Positions 23,098-33,415 of a stretch of 64,000 nucleotides of DNA are shown one piece after another. Every line of letters starts with the position of its first letter. Within the stretch, counting starts at the first letter, position 1. Where the stretch lies: the NCBI GenBank assembly GCA_963782115.1, contig CAWAIK010000001.1, forward strand, positions 192,001-256,000. Reading direction: 5' to 3'. The position numbers were made by a program, and so were the translations under genes. The notes below the pieces were generated by a model. It had not been told where the DNA came from. It saw only the letters and a list, made by a program, of their open reading frames with translations, and searched no databases. The stretch is from an uncultured Verrucomicrobiae bacterium (lineage in GTDB: Bacteria; Verrucomicrobiota; Verrucomicrobiia; Chthoniobacterales; JAFAMB01).

Positions 23098-23638
23098 AAC
23101 AATAAACATCAAAAACACTCTGTTGGTCGAAGACGATCCGCGGGATGTCGAACTTACCTTGGCAGCGCTTGAGGAGCAACATCTGGCCGACAAGGTTGAG
23201 GTCGTGAACAATGGCGCGGAGGCCTTGGATTATCTTTATCGCCGGGGAAAATTCAAAATGCGCGAGGGCGGCAATCCCGTTGTGGTGTTGCTAGACAACA
23301 AGATGCCGAAGCTAAGCGGGCTCGAAGTGTTGAAGATCATCAAGTCCGACGAGCATTTGAAAATGATTCCTGTCGTTGTGCTCAGTTCCTCGCGCGAAAT
23401 TCCGGATTTGATTGAGTTTTATAAACACGGCGTCAACGCCTATGTGGTGAAGCCTGTCGATTTTTCCGAGTTCATGCAGACTGTCAAGCAACTCGGAGTC
23501 TTTTGGGCGGCTGTTAACGAACCCCCGCTCGTCACCTGGAGAGACGAAACCGGAGCTCAAAGTCGGGCAGCAGCTCTCTCGAAAAAAAAGAGGTTAAAAA
23601 ATGACATCGCCGCTTCACATCCTGCACTTGGAGGATGA
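23087..23638 (+). CDS. Single-domain response regulator (Rcp-like)
   Basis: LLVEDD, LLDNKMP, NAYVVKP. Overlaps the kinase stop. Confidence 0.9.
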   Translation: MDSETINIKNTLLVEDDPRDVELTLAALEEQHLADKVEVVNNGAEALDYLYRRGKFKMREGGNPVVVLLDNKMPKLSGLEVLKIIKSDEHLKMIPVVVLSSSREIPDLIEFYKHGVNAYVVKPVDFSEFMQTVKQLGVFWAAVNEPPLVTWRDETGAQSRAAALSKKKRLKNDIAASHPALGG

Positions 23639-25157
23639 TCCAAACGATGCTGCACTCGTCCAATCCACCTTGGAAGCCGAGGGCATCATTTGTGCGATCA
23701 CCTGCGTGCAAGCACGTGATGATTTTGTGGTGGCGCTTGAACGCGGCGGCATTGACTTAATCATTTCGGATTTCTCGCTGCCCGCCTTTGATGGGTTGTC
23801 TGCGGTTGGAACCGTGCGCGCCAAATGGCCAGACCTGCCGTTTATTCTGGTTTCCGGAACTCTGGGCGAGGAACTGGCCATTGATTCGCTTAAGAGCGGC
23901 GCGACGGATTATGTCCTTAAGGACCATCTCTCTCGGCTCGTTCCGGCGGTGCGCCGTGCCATGCAGGAAGTCGATGAACGGGCCGAACGCCGGCGGCTGG
24001 AGGCACACTTTATCGAAGCGCAAAAAATGGAAGTGATCGGCCAGCTCGTCAGCGGCGTGGCGCATGATTTTAATAACATTCTCGCCGTCATCATCGGCTA
24101 CAGCGATTTGATCACGTCAGATCTCGGCGCGGACAGTTCTTTGCGAAAATATATCGAGGAGATCCGGCACGCGTCGGAGCGTGCCGCCGGGTTGACGCGG
24201 CAACTGCTCGTCTTCGGCCGCAAACAAACGGTGCTGCCTGTCGTGCTCGACCTCAATGATGTGGTGAACGACCTGGACAAAATGCTGCGACGGCTCATTG
24301 ACGCGAACATCGAAATGACGACGATTCCCGGGAAAAAAATCGGGCGCGTCAAGGCCGACTCCGGCTACGTGGGACAAGTGCTGATGAATCTGGTCGTTAA
24401 TGCCCGCGATGCCATGCCGAACGGCGGCAAGCTCACCATCGCAACGAACAATGTCAAAATCGATGAAAACTACGCGCGCACCCACGCGGGCGCCATTCCC
24501 GGCGAATACGTGATGCTCAGTGTCAGCGACACGGGAACCGGCATGACCGACGAGGTCAAAGCGCTTTTGTTTGAGGCGTTTTTTACGACGAAGCCATTGG
24601 GCAAGGGCACCGGTTTAGGCTTGGCGACCTGCCAGACCATCGTTCATCAATCCGGCGGTCACATCGGCGTTTACAGTGAGATCGGCAAAGGCACGACCTT
24701 CAAGATTTATTTTCCGCGAGTCGCGCAGCCGCTGGACGTTGCGGCCAGAACGCTCCGGACGGGGCCGTTGCCGCGCGGGACGGAAACCTTGCTGGTCGTG
24801 GAAGATGAGCCATCCGTGAGGCACTTGGCTCGCAACGTATTGGATAACCTGGGTTATGAAGTGCTGTCGGCCTCGAACGGCCAGGATGCGTTGCACGTGG
24901 CCCGTGATCATAAAGGATCACCGATTCGTTTGGTGATCACCGATGTCATCATGCCGCTGATGGGAGGGAAAGTGATGGCGGAGTGGCTGAAAGCAACTTA
25001 TCCGGATCTCAAAATCCTCTTCACGTCCGGTTACACGGAAGACGCCATCACCCACCATGGCGTGCTTGACACCGGAGTCGAGTTCCTGCCCAAACCTTAC
25101 ACGCCGGCGATTCTCGCCCGCAAAGTGCGTCAGCTACTCGACGAGAAATCGCCTTAG
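23601..25157 (+). CDS. Hybrid kinase REC-HisKA-HATPase-REC (CckA-like)
   Basis: ILHLEDD, GVAHDFNN, NARDAM, FFTTK...GTGLGL, C-terminal REC. Confidence 0.93.
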   Translation: MTSPLHILHLEDDPNDAALVQSTLEAEGIICAITCVQARDDFVVALERGGIDLIISDFSLPAFDGLSAVGTVRAKWPDLPFILVSGTLGEELAIDSLKSGATDYVLKDHLSRLVPAVRRAMQEVDERAERRRLEAHFIEAQKMEVIGQLVSGVAHDFNNILAVIIGYSDLITSDLGADSSLRKYIEEIRHASERAAGLTRQLLVFGRKQTVLPVVLDLNDVVNDLDKMLRRLIDANIEMTTIPGKKIGRVKADSGYVGQVLMNLVVNARDAMPNGGKLTIATNNVKIDENYARTHAGAIPGEYVMLSVSDTGTGMTDEVKALLFEAFFTTKPLGKGTGLGLATCQTIVHQSGGHIGVYSEIGKGTTFKIYFPRVAQPLDVAARTLRTGPLPRGTETLLVVEDEPSVRHLARNVLDNLGYEVLSASNGQDALHVARDHKGSPIRLVITDVIMPLMGGKVMAEWLKATYPDLKILFTSGYTEDAITHHGVLDTGVEFLPKPYTPAILARKVRQLLDEKSP

Positions 25158-25172
25158 GCCAACCGGCCAAGC

Positions 25173-27898
25173 ATGAAAATTAAAGCTAAGATTCTTTGGA
25201 CATTGCTTGGCATGTCCTTGCTCGTGGCACTGGTGGGTGCGCTGGCGGCGAACCGATTACGCGCCTCCGCGATGGCGGGCGTGACCAGAGAAGCCCAGGA
25301 TGTGGCCCACCTGGTGAGCTTCATTCTCATGTCGGGCTCAAAACTCTCCCCTTCTGCCCAGGAAATCGTTGCCAAGCTTCATCAGAAACAGGGACGAGAC
25401 ACACCGCTCTACAATGAATTGATGCGACTGACGAGAACCACAATCCATCATGTCCTCTTGGCGGGGTTGGGCAGCGTCGCGATCGCTTTGTTGATTGCAC
25501 TCTTAGTGGGCCGGTCGATTGTCAGACCGCTCCGGCAACTGACGAATGTGGCGACTGGCTTTTCCTATGGGCGAACGGATTTGCCGCCGCCGCCGCCGCG
25601 GAATGATGAGATTGGTGAGTTGGCGACGGCCTTCAATGACATGATGCAAAAGCGCCGGCGGGCTGAGGACGAACTTCTGCGCCTCCGCGACGAACTCGAA
25701 GTGCGTGTGGCTAAACGCACCTCTGAACTGGCAGAAGCTAACGAAGCGTTGCGGACGGAAAACGCCGATCGAAAGCGAGCCGAAGAAACGTCGCGCGAAA
25801 GTGAGGAAAAATTCCGCCAGTTGGCGGATAACATTACCGATGTATTCTGGGTGACTTCGCCCGACTTGAAAGCAATCCACTACATCAGTCCGGGTTATGA
25901 ACTGGTCTGGGGACGTTCGACGGAGAGTTTGTATAGTCATCCGCACCAATGGCTCGAAGCCATCCTTCCGGAGGAACGTGAGCGTGTTTTTGGGGTCTTC
26001 GCGGGGCTAATGGGAAGCGAGGCGGAAGCGAGCGTTGAGTACCAAATCGCTCGTCCTGATGGGATAGTCCGCTGGGTTCATGACCGTGGTTTTCAGGTCC
26101 GAGATGCCGCAGGTAACCTGGTTCGCCTGGCCGGGATCGCCACCGACATTACGGAGCGCAAACAGACCGAGGAGGCGTTGCAGCGGCAAAAGACCGAACT
26201 CCGGGTGCTCTTCGACTTGATGCCGGCAATGATCTTTTTCAAGCACGGAAAACGGCATTCTGCGGGTCAACAAACGATTTGCGGAAACCGTTGGGAAGTC
26301 TGTCGAAGAGATCGAAGGAAAACCCTACCTCGAGATTGAGTCCGAGGAAGCGGCCAGGTTTTATGCGGATGACCTGGAAGTTATCCAATCGGGATTGCCC
26401 AAACTGGGGATTGTCGAGACGATTCGAGACCGGGAGGGTAAAGAAATCTGGATGCAGACGGATAAGGTTCCGGTCTGCGACCAAGACGGGCAGGTAATCG
26501 GCATCGTCGTCATGTGCCAGGACATCACTGAGCGCAAGAGAGCCGAGCAGACGCTGCTATTGCTCAATTCTGCCGTGCTGCAGTCGAAGGAATCCATCTT
26601 AATCACCGATGCGGAACTCGAGTTGCCCGGGCCGCGGGTTATCTTTGTCAATCCCGCCTTCACAAAGATGACGGGCTACACTGCGGAGGAAACGATTGGA
26701 AAAACGCCCCGGATTTTACAGGGGCCGCAAACAGACAAAACCGTATTGAGCCGGCTTCGGCAAAACCTCGAACGGGGCGAAGTGTTCGAGGGCGAAGCCA
26801 TTAATTATCGCAAGGACGGAACGGAATTTGACCTGGAATGGCAAGTCGCGCCCATTCGCAATGCCAGCGGGACAATTACTCACTTTTTAGCGATGCAACG
26901 CGACATCACGGTGCGCAAACGGTTGGAGGCCAAACTGGCTCAAGCTCAAAAAATGGAAAAAAAGACCATCGATCTTAACCGGCTCATCGTCAGTATGGAA
27001 GGTATGTTTCACCATCTCATGGGCGGTGATGTGGATACGCAGATCGTTCCCGGCCCTGACGTGCACGCGGTGCGGGCGGACGCCGGACAGCTTGAGCAGG
27101 TCATTATGAACATGGCCATCAATGCGCGCGATGCCATGCCCAACGGCGGCAAATTCATGTTGGAAACCGCCAACGTCTCCTTCGATCAAGAGAGTGTGAG
27201 CCGTTATCCAGAATTGAAGTCGGGCGACTACGTAATGCTGGCGCTGACGGACACTGGCACGGGGATGAGTGCGGAAGTGAAAGCGCGCATCTTCGAGCCA
27301 TTTTTTTCCACCAAAGCGGTTGGCCAGGGAACAGGTTTGGGATTATCCACCTGTTATGGCATTATCAAACAAAGCGGCGGTCATATCAGCGTCTATAGCG
27401 AACTTGCCCGAGGTGCCACCTTCAAGATTTATCTGCCGCAAGTTGAGCAGCAGGCGAAGATTCCCATGCATTCTCTTGGCTCACCTGGGCTACCGCGCGG
27501 GACGGAAACTAATCCTGCTGGTCGAAGACGATCCCGCCTTGCGTGAGATGGCTGCGACATTGTTAAGACGCCTTGGTTACACAGTTTTGGCGGCGGCCAA
27601 TGGCATCGAAGCCTTGAGCCTGAAACAACAGAGGGATATCGGACACGTTGATTTATTGTTCACCGATGTCGTTATGCCGCATATGAGTGGCAAAGAATTG
27701 TCTGAACGTATCCAGGCGATATTCCCGCACACCAAGGTTCTTTTCACCTCCGCCTACACCGAGAATGCCATCATCCATCAAGGTGTGTTGAACAAGGGCT
27801 TGGCACTTCTGCAAAAGCCGTTCACGCCCTCCGCCCTGGCGCACAAATTGCGGGAAGTGCTCGATCAACCGAGCGTTCCGGAACCGGTCACCGTGTAG
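25173..27898 (+). pseudogene. Disrupted HAMP-multi-PAS hybrid kinase
   Basis: Frameshifts near 26244 and 27511 split it into three ORFs. QAQKME runs straight into KKTIDLN, so the AHDFNN H-box is absent. The extracytoplasmic region is very short. Confidence 0.85.
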
Positions 27899-28166
27899 TG
27901 TCCTGTTCATATCCTGAAGCAATCATTACGGGTCGAGAATAGTATGGCAGAATCTGATGGAACAGGACGACATATATGAAACAAGGAATTTAAAGGTTGC
28001 TAACCGATCAATGAATTGGACAGACATTGAGATCATTCGGCGGGCGGTTATTCACTATGGCTCGCCGATTCGAGATAGTGAGTGACACCTCCTTGCGCCT
28101 GCTCGGACCGGAGGCTTCCAACATGGTCCGCATATATCCGGCGTGGGTCAGCCGTAGAAAGCACCA

Positions 28167-28394
28167 ATGACTGCCATTCGCGCAGAAGTTCTTGCTATCG
28201 ATAGGCAGAGTGACCGATACCACGTAATAGTTCGACTTGGTCTCGCGAGATATCGAGGCTCATTCGACACCCTCGTTTTCGGAGAAAACAAACCTTTCGT
28301 GGGTTCTTGTCATGACGGGCGGCTTGATCTCATTTACCTTCGAGATCCGGGCCTTCATGCAGGACAAGAATTTCCGCTGTGGACGATTCACTAG
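28167..28394 (+). CDS. Small hypothetical protein (75 aa)
   Basis: ATG start, protein-like composition, fills an intergenic gap. No family recognised. Confidence 0.55.
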   Translation: MTAIRAEVLAIDRQSDRYHVIVRLGLARYRGSFDTLVFGENKPFVGSCHDGRLDLIYLRDPGLHAGQEFPLWTIH

Positions 28395-28485
28395 CACGAT
28401 GCGGCACCTCGAGGGCCGGCTTTGAGGTGAGTGCCCGGTCTTGCGAATTCGATACATCCAGAGCCACCAGCAATCTCGAACGACT

Positions 28486-28671
28486 ATGATGTCCACGCTT
28501 CCTCAAATTCCCGGCGCTCCTTTCCCACCCGGCGACCCTCAACCGACACCGCCTAGTCCGGTGCCTCCGCCCGTCGAGCCTGCGCCGCCTCCGCCCATGC
28601 CTACGCCTCCGTCACCGACGCCCAATCCCGTCCCTCCAATCGAACCGTTACCGGAACCGGCTAAGATCTAA
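28486..28671 (+). CDS. Small proline-rich hypothetical protein (61 aa)
   Basis: MMSTLPQIPGAPFPPGDPQPTPPSPVPPPVEPAPPPPMPTPP...; varied Pro codons suggest coding rather than simple-sequence DNA. Confidence 0.55.
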   Translation: MMSTLPQIPGAPFPPGDPQPTPPSPVPPPVEPAPPPPMPTPPSPTPNPVPPIEPLPEPAKI

Positions 28672-28672
28672 A

Positions 28673-28788
28673 AGAAGTTGCCAGTGTCAGTAGTCAGTGT
28701 CAGTGGCGGAGGCGGAAATAAATAGCACGGAGCGGAATTCCCAACTCTTTCTTCGACTGACACTGACAACTGACACTGACAACTTTCT
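28673..28788. repeat. Inverted repeat element between convergent genes (REP/MITE-like; may act as a terminator)
   Basis: AGAAGTTGCCAGTGTCAGTAGTCAGTGTCAGT pairs with ACTGACACTGACAACTGACACTGACAACTTTCT. Confidence 0.75.
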
Positions 28789-28800
28789 CCGACAACTTCT

Positions 28801-29538
28801 TCATTCGAAGAACTTCTCGCGATGCGGCCGCAAATCGAGTTCCAGGCTCCAGGCCGATCGATCCTGCTTGACTAATCCCCAATAGGCTTCCGCAATGGCT
28901 GCCGGATTCATGACCGGTTCCGCGCTTTGCTCTTCGGCGCCCAGCTCGACCTCGCTCTCACGGATCACGCCATCGACAATGATGTGGGCGACATGGATGC
29001 CCTGAGGCCACAACTCCCTGGCCATGGCCTGAGCGAGTCCGCGGACCGCAAACTTTGCGCTACTGAAAGTGATAGCACCTCCCCGCACCGATGAAGTCGC
29101 GCCAGTGAACAGGATGCAGCCAGCGTTTTTATCGAGCATATCAGGAACGACCGCCTGCGAGCAGAGGAACGAGCCTAGTACGCCAACCCGCCAACCTCGA
29201 GTAAAGCTTTCCGGAGCGATCTCAACAAAGGGGCGGCCAAAAGGGCCGGCCGCACTGGCATTGTTGATGAGAAGATCGACCGAGCCGAACCGGTCGCGGA
29301 CGCGCTTGAACGCCGCGGCGACCTGGTCAGGGTCCCCGACGTCAGTGGGAATTGTGAGGATCTCCGTTCCGTGCCGCCGAAGTTCTTTGGACAAAGCTTC
29401 GAGAAAATCGGGTGACCTGGCCAACAGAACCACGCGGCATCCTTCTTTAGCAAATTTACGCGCCAGCGAGGCTCCGAGTCCTGGACCGACACCCGCGATA
29501 ACCGACACATCCGGAGTGAAAGTATTCATGTGAAACAA
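28801..29538 (-). CDS. SDR-family oxidoreductase
   Basis: GVGPGLG, NNA, FTGATSS, SSAKFAVRGLAQ. Confidence 0.9.
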   Translation of the reverse strand: MFHMNTFTPDVSVIAGVGPGLGASLARKFAKEGCRVVLLARSPDFLEALSKELRRHGTEILTIPTDVGDPDQVAAAFKRVRDRFGSVDLLINNASAAGPFGRPFVEIAPESFTRGWRVGVLGSFLCSQAVVPDMLDKNAGCILFTGATSSVRGGAITFSSAKFAVRGLAQAMARELWPQGIHVAHIIVDGVIRESEVELGAEEQSAEPVMNPAAIAEAYWGLVKQDRSAWSLELDLRPHREKFFE

Positions 29539-29574
29539 TGTTCTTTGCTTTGCGTTCCTGGGAAGCTGGAAACT

Positions 29575-30372
29575 TCAGTTACTGCTCCGAAGCTCCTTTA
29601 TCTCCTTGAGGATTCCGTCGACGATGGCCCGAACCACGAACTCCCCCTTCTGTCGAGTTGCCAGGGTGGCATCACCATAGATTCCTGAAGCCGAATAACT
29701 GCCGTCTCCTTTGGGGTCACGCGTCAACCCGCCGTTCGCCGAGGGATGATAGTCCTTGATCGCCTTGCTCATATCGACGGTCCAAGGCGCGATGAATAAC
29801 ATCATGGATGTCTCAATTTCACCGGCGTGTGTTCCGCCCTCCTCTTGTTTCCCTTTCCATTCGACTGGTGCGATGAGCTTGAGGATGTCGGTGTATCGGA
29901 AATCGATGCCCTCTTCGGCGAGTATCTTGGACGTCAGTTGCAACGGCCTCATCGTTGATACACCTGTATTCAACGCATAAAATTTGCGCGGGCCGCAGGG
30001 AGCCAGGCTCCTGCAAATATCCACCATCAGATCGCGGGCCGTCTCCAGCCGGAGCGAGATGGAGCCGGGATACTCAACGAACGCCGGATAGTATTGATAA
30101 TTGACGGTGGGCGCGATCACGACGCCGGCTATCTTCAGAGTTTCGCGCTTAAAATATTCGGCCAGCAGCCAGTCGTTCTTAAGCCTGAGATGCGGTCCGT
30201 GCTCTTTGGATGCGGCACCGATCGGAATGATGACGATCGTATCGGGACGCAGCACCGTCTCGGCCTCCTGCCACGTCAGATCTTCTAGCAGAATGCCCTT
30301 GTCCCTAGAACAACGAGCCAATGGTTCAAGTTGATCGTTCAATTCGCGGTAAATAGATTTTGTTCGTTCCAC
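29575..30372 (-). CDS. Creatininase-family amidohydrolase
   Basis: IPIGAASKEHGPHL...D, YPGSIS, HAGEIETS, SGIYGD. Confidence 0.88.
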   Translation of the reverse strand: MERTKSIYRELNDQLEPLARCSRDKGILLEDLTWQEAETVLRPDTIVIIPIGAASKEHGPHLRLKNDWLLAEYFKRETLKIAGVVIAPTVNYQYYPAFVEYPGSISLRLETARDLMVDICRSLAPCGPRKFYALNTGVSTMRPLQLTSKILAEEGIDFRYTDILKLIAPVEWKGKQEEGGTHAGEIETSMMLFIAPWTVDMSKAIKDYHPSANGGLTRDPKGDGSYSASGIYGDATLATRQKGEFVVRAIVDGILKEIKELRSSN

Positions 30373-30426
30373 GCACTCTGGCCATGCCGCGGGAGAGCTA
30401 TTTTTGTCATAAGGGGTTGATGACGG

Positions 30427-31254
30427 CTACTCGGATGCGGAGGGCGGAGCCAAGACCTCTGTCAGACCCTCTGGAGTGAATTCGCGATCGGTATAGGTCA
30501 CATCGTGTCTGATTCGGGAGCCATCCAAATCGGTCACAGAATCTTTTCGGGGACCGCGTACTGTCAGATCGGCAGGAATCGGACGGCCTTTGTCGTCTGT
30601 GACCACACGGACGGTATCAATGCGGCGCGCCAGTTGGCCCGAGGGCAGGTATTTTTCCACGCGAAGCGGGACGAGTCGGTGGAGGTCAATCCAACTGCGG
30701 ATGCTGCCGTAACTAGAAGGCTCAACCTTGTCAGGTCTCGACTCAAGGATGAGGCAACTCACACGGTTCAGGCTCTCGGTGCCAACAATTGCCTGGTTTT
30801 CCCATCCGAAGAAGTTCTCAATGACATCCCGATAAGATAGGTCACTGCCGAACAAGGCCTCGTTCATTTGCGAGGCGGTCAGAGGGCGCGGCTTGTCAGG
30901 CGGTATGAAAAGAAAACCGGTCGGAGGGGCACCATCTGCTTTGTGTAAGAGGACGGCCTCTCCTTTCCGCTCTTTGGGCCAAAGCACCTGGTAAACAAGA
31001 TCGGTGGCTGTCTTCGTGTGGCGCTCCTTGATCTGAAGTTGAAGCGTTATCTTCGTGGTCTCGATTGGCTGTTTCACCTCAAGGCGCAGACGCACGTAAG
31101 ACGCGCCATCCTGCAGCGCGGAAAGGCCGGCTGCGAGATCCTTGGCCGAGATGGCAGCCGGCTCACTGTCGGCCGCGCCGGCCGAGGAAATCAGGAATGC
31201 GAGGCTAAGCGTGGCGGCAGTAACGCGCAAGATCTTCGAATGCAGCAGATGCAT
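30427..31254 (-). CDS. LolA-like outer-membrane lipoprotein-sorting protein
   Basis: Signal peptide, VLWPKERKGEAVL, LFGSDLSYRD, CLILESRP, SWID...PLRVEKY. Directly downstream of a LolCDE-like ABC pair. Confidence 0.75.
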   Translation of the reverse strand: MHLLHSKILRVTAATLSLAFLISSAGAADSEPAAISAKDLAAGLSALQDGASYVRLRLEVKQPIETTKITLQLQIKERHTKTATDLVYQVLWPKERKGEAVLLHKADGAPPTGFLFIPPDKPRPLTASQMNEALFGSDLSYRDVIENFFGWENQAIVGTESLNRVSCLILESRPDKVEPSSYGSIRSWIDLHRLVPLRVEKYLPSGQLARRIDTVRVVTDDKGRPIPADLTVRGPRKDSVTDLDGSRIRHDVTYTDREFTPEGLTEVLAPPSASE

Positions 31255-31272
31255 GTTTTTTGATGTTAAAAT

Positions 31273-32388
31273 TCAGGCTTGTAAGGCCTGGCTTGGCGTG
31301 AGCCGGGAACTGCGCCATGCAGGATAGAGCCCACTGATGACGCCTACGGCGACAGCGATCGCCACAGAGATTGCCAGAAGGCTGATGCTGAGGTCCGGCT
31401 CCAGGAGTCCGCGGATGGCGCGCATCGCTCCCAAGACCTTCACGCCAACGGCACCTATCAGCACGCCCGCTACGCCGCCGAGCAAGCCGAGCAGAGCCGA
31501 TTCCCACAACACCATGCGAATGATGCGCCCACGTTTCCAGCCTAGTGCGAGTAAGACGCCAATTTCCTGGGTGCGCTCAAACACGGTCATCAGCATCGTG
31601 TTCATCACGCCGAGCACACCGACGAACACCGCCAGCAGAGAAGTGGCCCAGCTCATGGCCTGTGCGATGCGGTATGCCTCGCTGTTGCTGATATGCTCGC
31701 TGGCCACCACGGCGCGTCCTTCCGGGACAAGCCTGTTGATCTCCTGGCAGAGACGCTCCACATCCTTGGCATTTGTGGAGGGCGTGACGCGGATGTCGAT
31801 AATGTTAATCTTGTCGGGGTTCCCGGTGATTTCTTGAAAGATTGGCAAAGCGAGAATAACCGAGCCGTTTTCCACCCATGCGTTGCCATCGACGATCCCG
31901 ACCACGGACAATTCGTCCGTCTCAATCTGGATCTTATCGCCGACCTTTTTCTTAAGGACATCCGCCGCATTGAGACCAAGGACGACGGCCTTCTCTGTGG
32001 CATCGTGCGGCATGCGCCCGGAGACCACCCTGAGGTTGCTCCACGAGAATCCGCCCCACTCGCGGGCGGACACCATGATCATCTGGGCGTTCTCAACGCT
32101 CATCAGGTCTACTAATATACCGCAAGTGGCAGCCACACCGGGAAGGTGAGCGATGCGGTCACGAATGGAGACGTTAAAAGGCTTGGGGATCAGCGAGTTA
32201 CTCATATTGCTGACGACCACATCGGTACCCCGCGCCTTCATCCCTGTCTCCCAGCTTTTGCTAAATCCGCGTGAGATACCGACCAGCGCCACAACCGCGG
32301 CGATGCCAACGGAGATGCCTAAGATTGTCAGGCCGGTTCGCACCGGACGACGTACCAGCCCGCGCGTCACCACCGTGAAAAAGGTCAT
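31273..32388 (-). CDS. ABC permease, MacB/FtsX/LolC-E type
   Basis: RTGLTILGISVGIAAVV, periplasmic domain, NTMLMTVFERTQEIGVLLALGW, YPAWRSS. Confidence 0.92.
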   Translation of the reverse strand: MTFFTVVTRGLVRRPVRTGLTILGISVGIAAVVALVGISRGFSKSWETGMKARGTDVVVSNMSNSLIPKPFNVSIRDRIAHLPGVAATCGILVDLMSVENAQMIMVSAREWGGFSWSNLRVVSGRMPHDATEKAVVLGLNAADVLKKKVGDKIQIETDELSVVGIVDGNAWVENGSVILALPIFQEITGNPDKINIIDIRVTPSTNAKDVERLCQEINRLVPEGRAVVASEHISNSEAYRIAQAMSWATSLLAVFVGVLGVMNTMLMTVFERTQEIGVLLALGWKRGRIIRMVLWESALLGLLGGVAGVLIGAVGVKVLGAMRAIRGLLEPDLSISLLAISVAIAVAVGVISGLYPAWRSSRLTPSQALQA

Positions 32389-32389
32389 A

Positions 32390-33208
32390 TCATGCTTCTG
32401 CGATGGTTGATTGGCGATCTGATATGATGAGCCCGTCCTTCATCTGGATGGTTCGCGATGCCCGCTGGGCGATGCTCAGGTCGTGTGTCACCAGCACCAG
32501 CGTCATGCTTTTTTCACGGTGAAGCCGAACGATCAGGTCGAGGATGTGGCGTGCGTTTTCGCTGTCGAGGTTACCAGTGGGTTCGTCCGCGAGCAGGACG
32601 GAAGGGGAGTTGGCCAAGCTGCGGGCGATGGCAACGCGCTGCCTTTCTCCGCCGGACAGCTTGGCCGGGAAATGGCTGAGGCGATGCCCCAACCCAACGG
32701 ACTCTAGCAAGGTGACAGCTCGATCTCTCCGCTCTGAAAGGGGAAGGCGGGTTTCAAACATCGGAATTTGCACGTTCTCTAGCGCGGTAAAAGTTGGCAG
32801 GAGATGAAACGCCTGGAAAATGAAGCCGATCTCGCGAGCGCGATAGCTTGATTGATCACGCAGGTCGGGAACAGAGTTTCCGCGGTAAAGCAAGGTCCCC
32901 TTGGTAGGCCGGTCAAGCGCGCCCAAAATCTTTAGCAGCGTGGTTTTTCCGCAGCCGCTCGGTCCGGTAACGGCCAGGAATTCTTCCGGCACTACGCGAA
33001 AACTGACACCCCGCAAGGCCTGTACCTGGCCGTCATCGAACTCTTTCTCGATCCCTATCGCCTCGAAAAGGTACTCCGAAGGAGCGGCCGTCGCGGTGCC
33101 CAATTTCGCTGGACTAATAGATGAATCGGCAGATCGCACGCCAGAGCGCCAAGCTCCAGCATCGGCGGTAAATACGGTCCCAGCCCAACTCCGCAAGCGA
33201 TTGCTCAT
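32390..33208 (-). CDS. ABC ATP-binding protein, LolD/MacB type
   Basis: GPSGCGKT, IGFIFQ, LSGGERQRVA, ADEPTGNLD, VTHD. Confidence 0.93.
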   Translation of the reverse strand: MSNRLRSWAGTVFTADAGAWRSGVRSADSSISPAKLGTATAAPSEYLFEAIGIEKEFDDGQVQALRGVSFRVVPEEFLAVTGPSGCGKTTLLKILGALDRPTKGTLLYRGNSVPDLRDQSSYRAREIGFIFQAFHLLPTFTALENVQIPMFETRLPLSERRDRAVTLLESVGLGHRLSHFPAKLSGGERQRVAIARSLANSPSVLLADEPTGNLDSENARHILDLIVRLHREKSMTLVLVTHDLSIAQRASRTIQMKDGLIISDRQSTIAEA

Positions 33209-33415
33209 CGTATTAACCGGGTCCCTGCTCTTTGTTGTTCCCGTTTCTCCCTGAGTGCCTCCCGCCTTTCTTTTCTGCTCCAGTGATCCTCAATTCTTCT
33301 CAGGGCTCCGCGGTTTAATGCCGAATGAAAGCGACGCCCCATATAATTCGTCTTGATACAAGGAATCGGCCGTACGTGGTCGCCTCAATTGCGCGCCGCG
33401 GCTGTGCGCTCCTGT

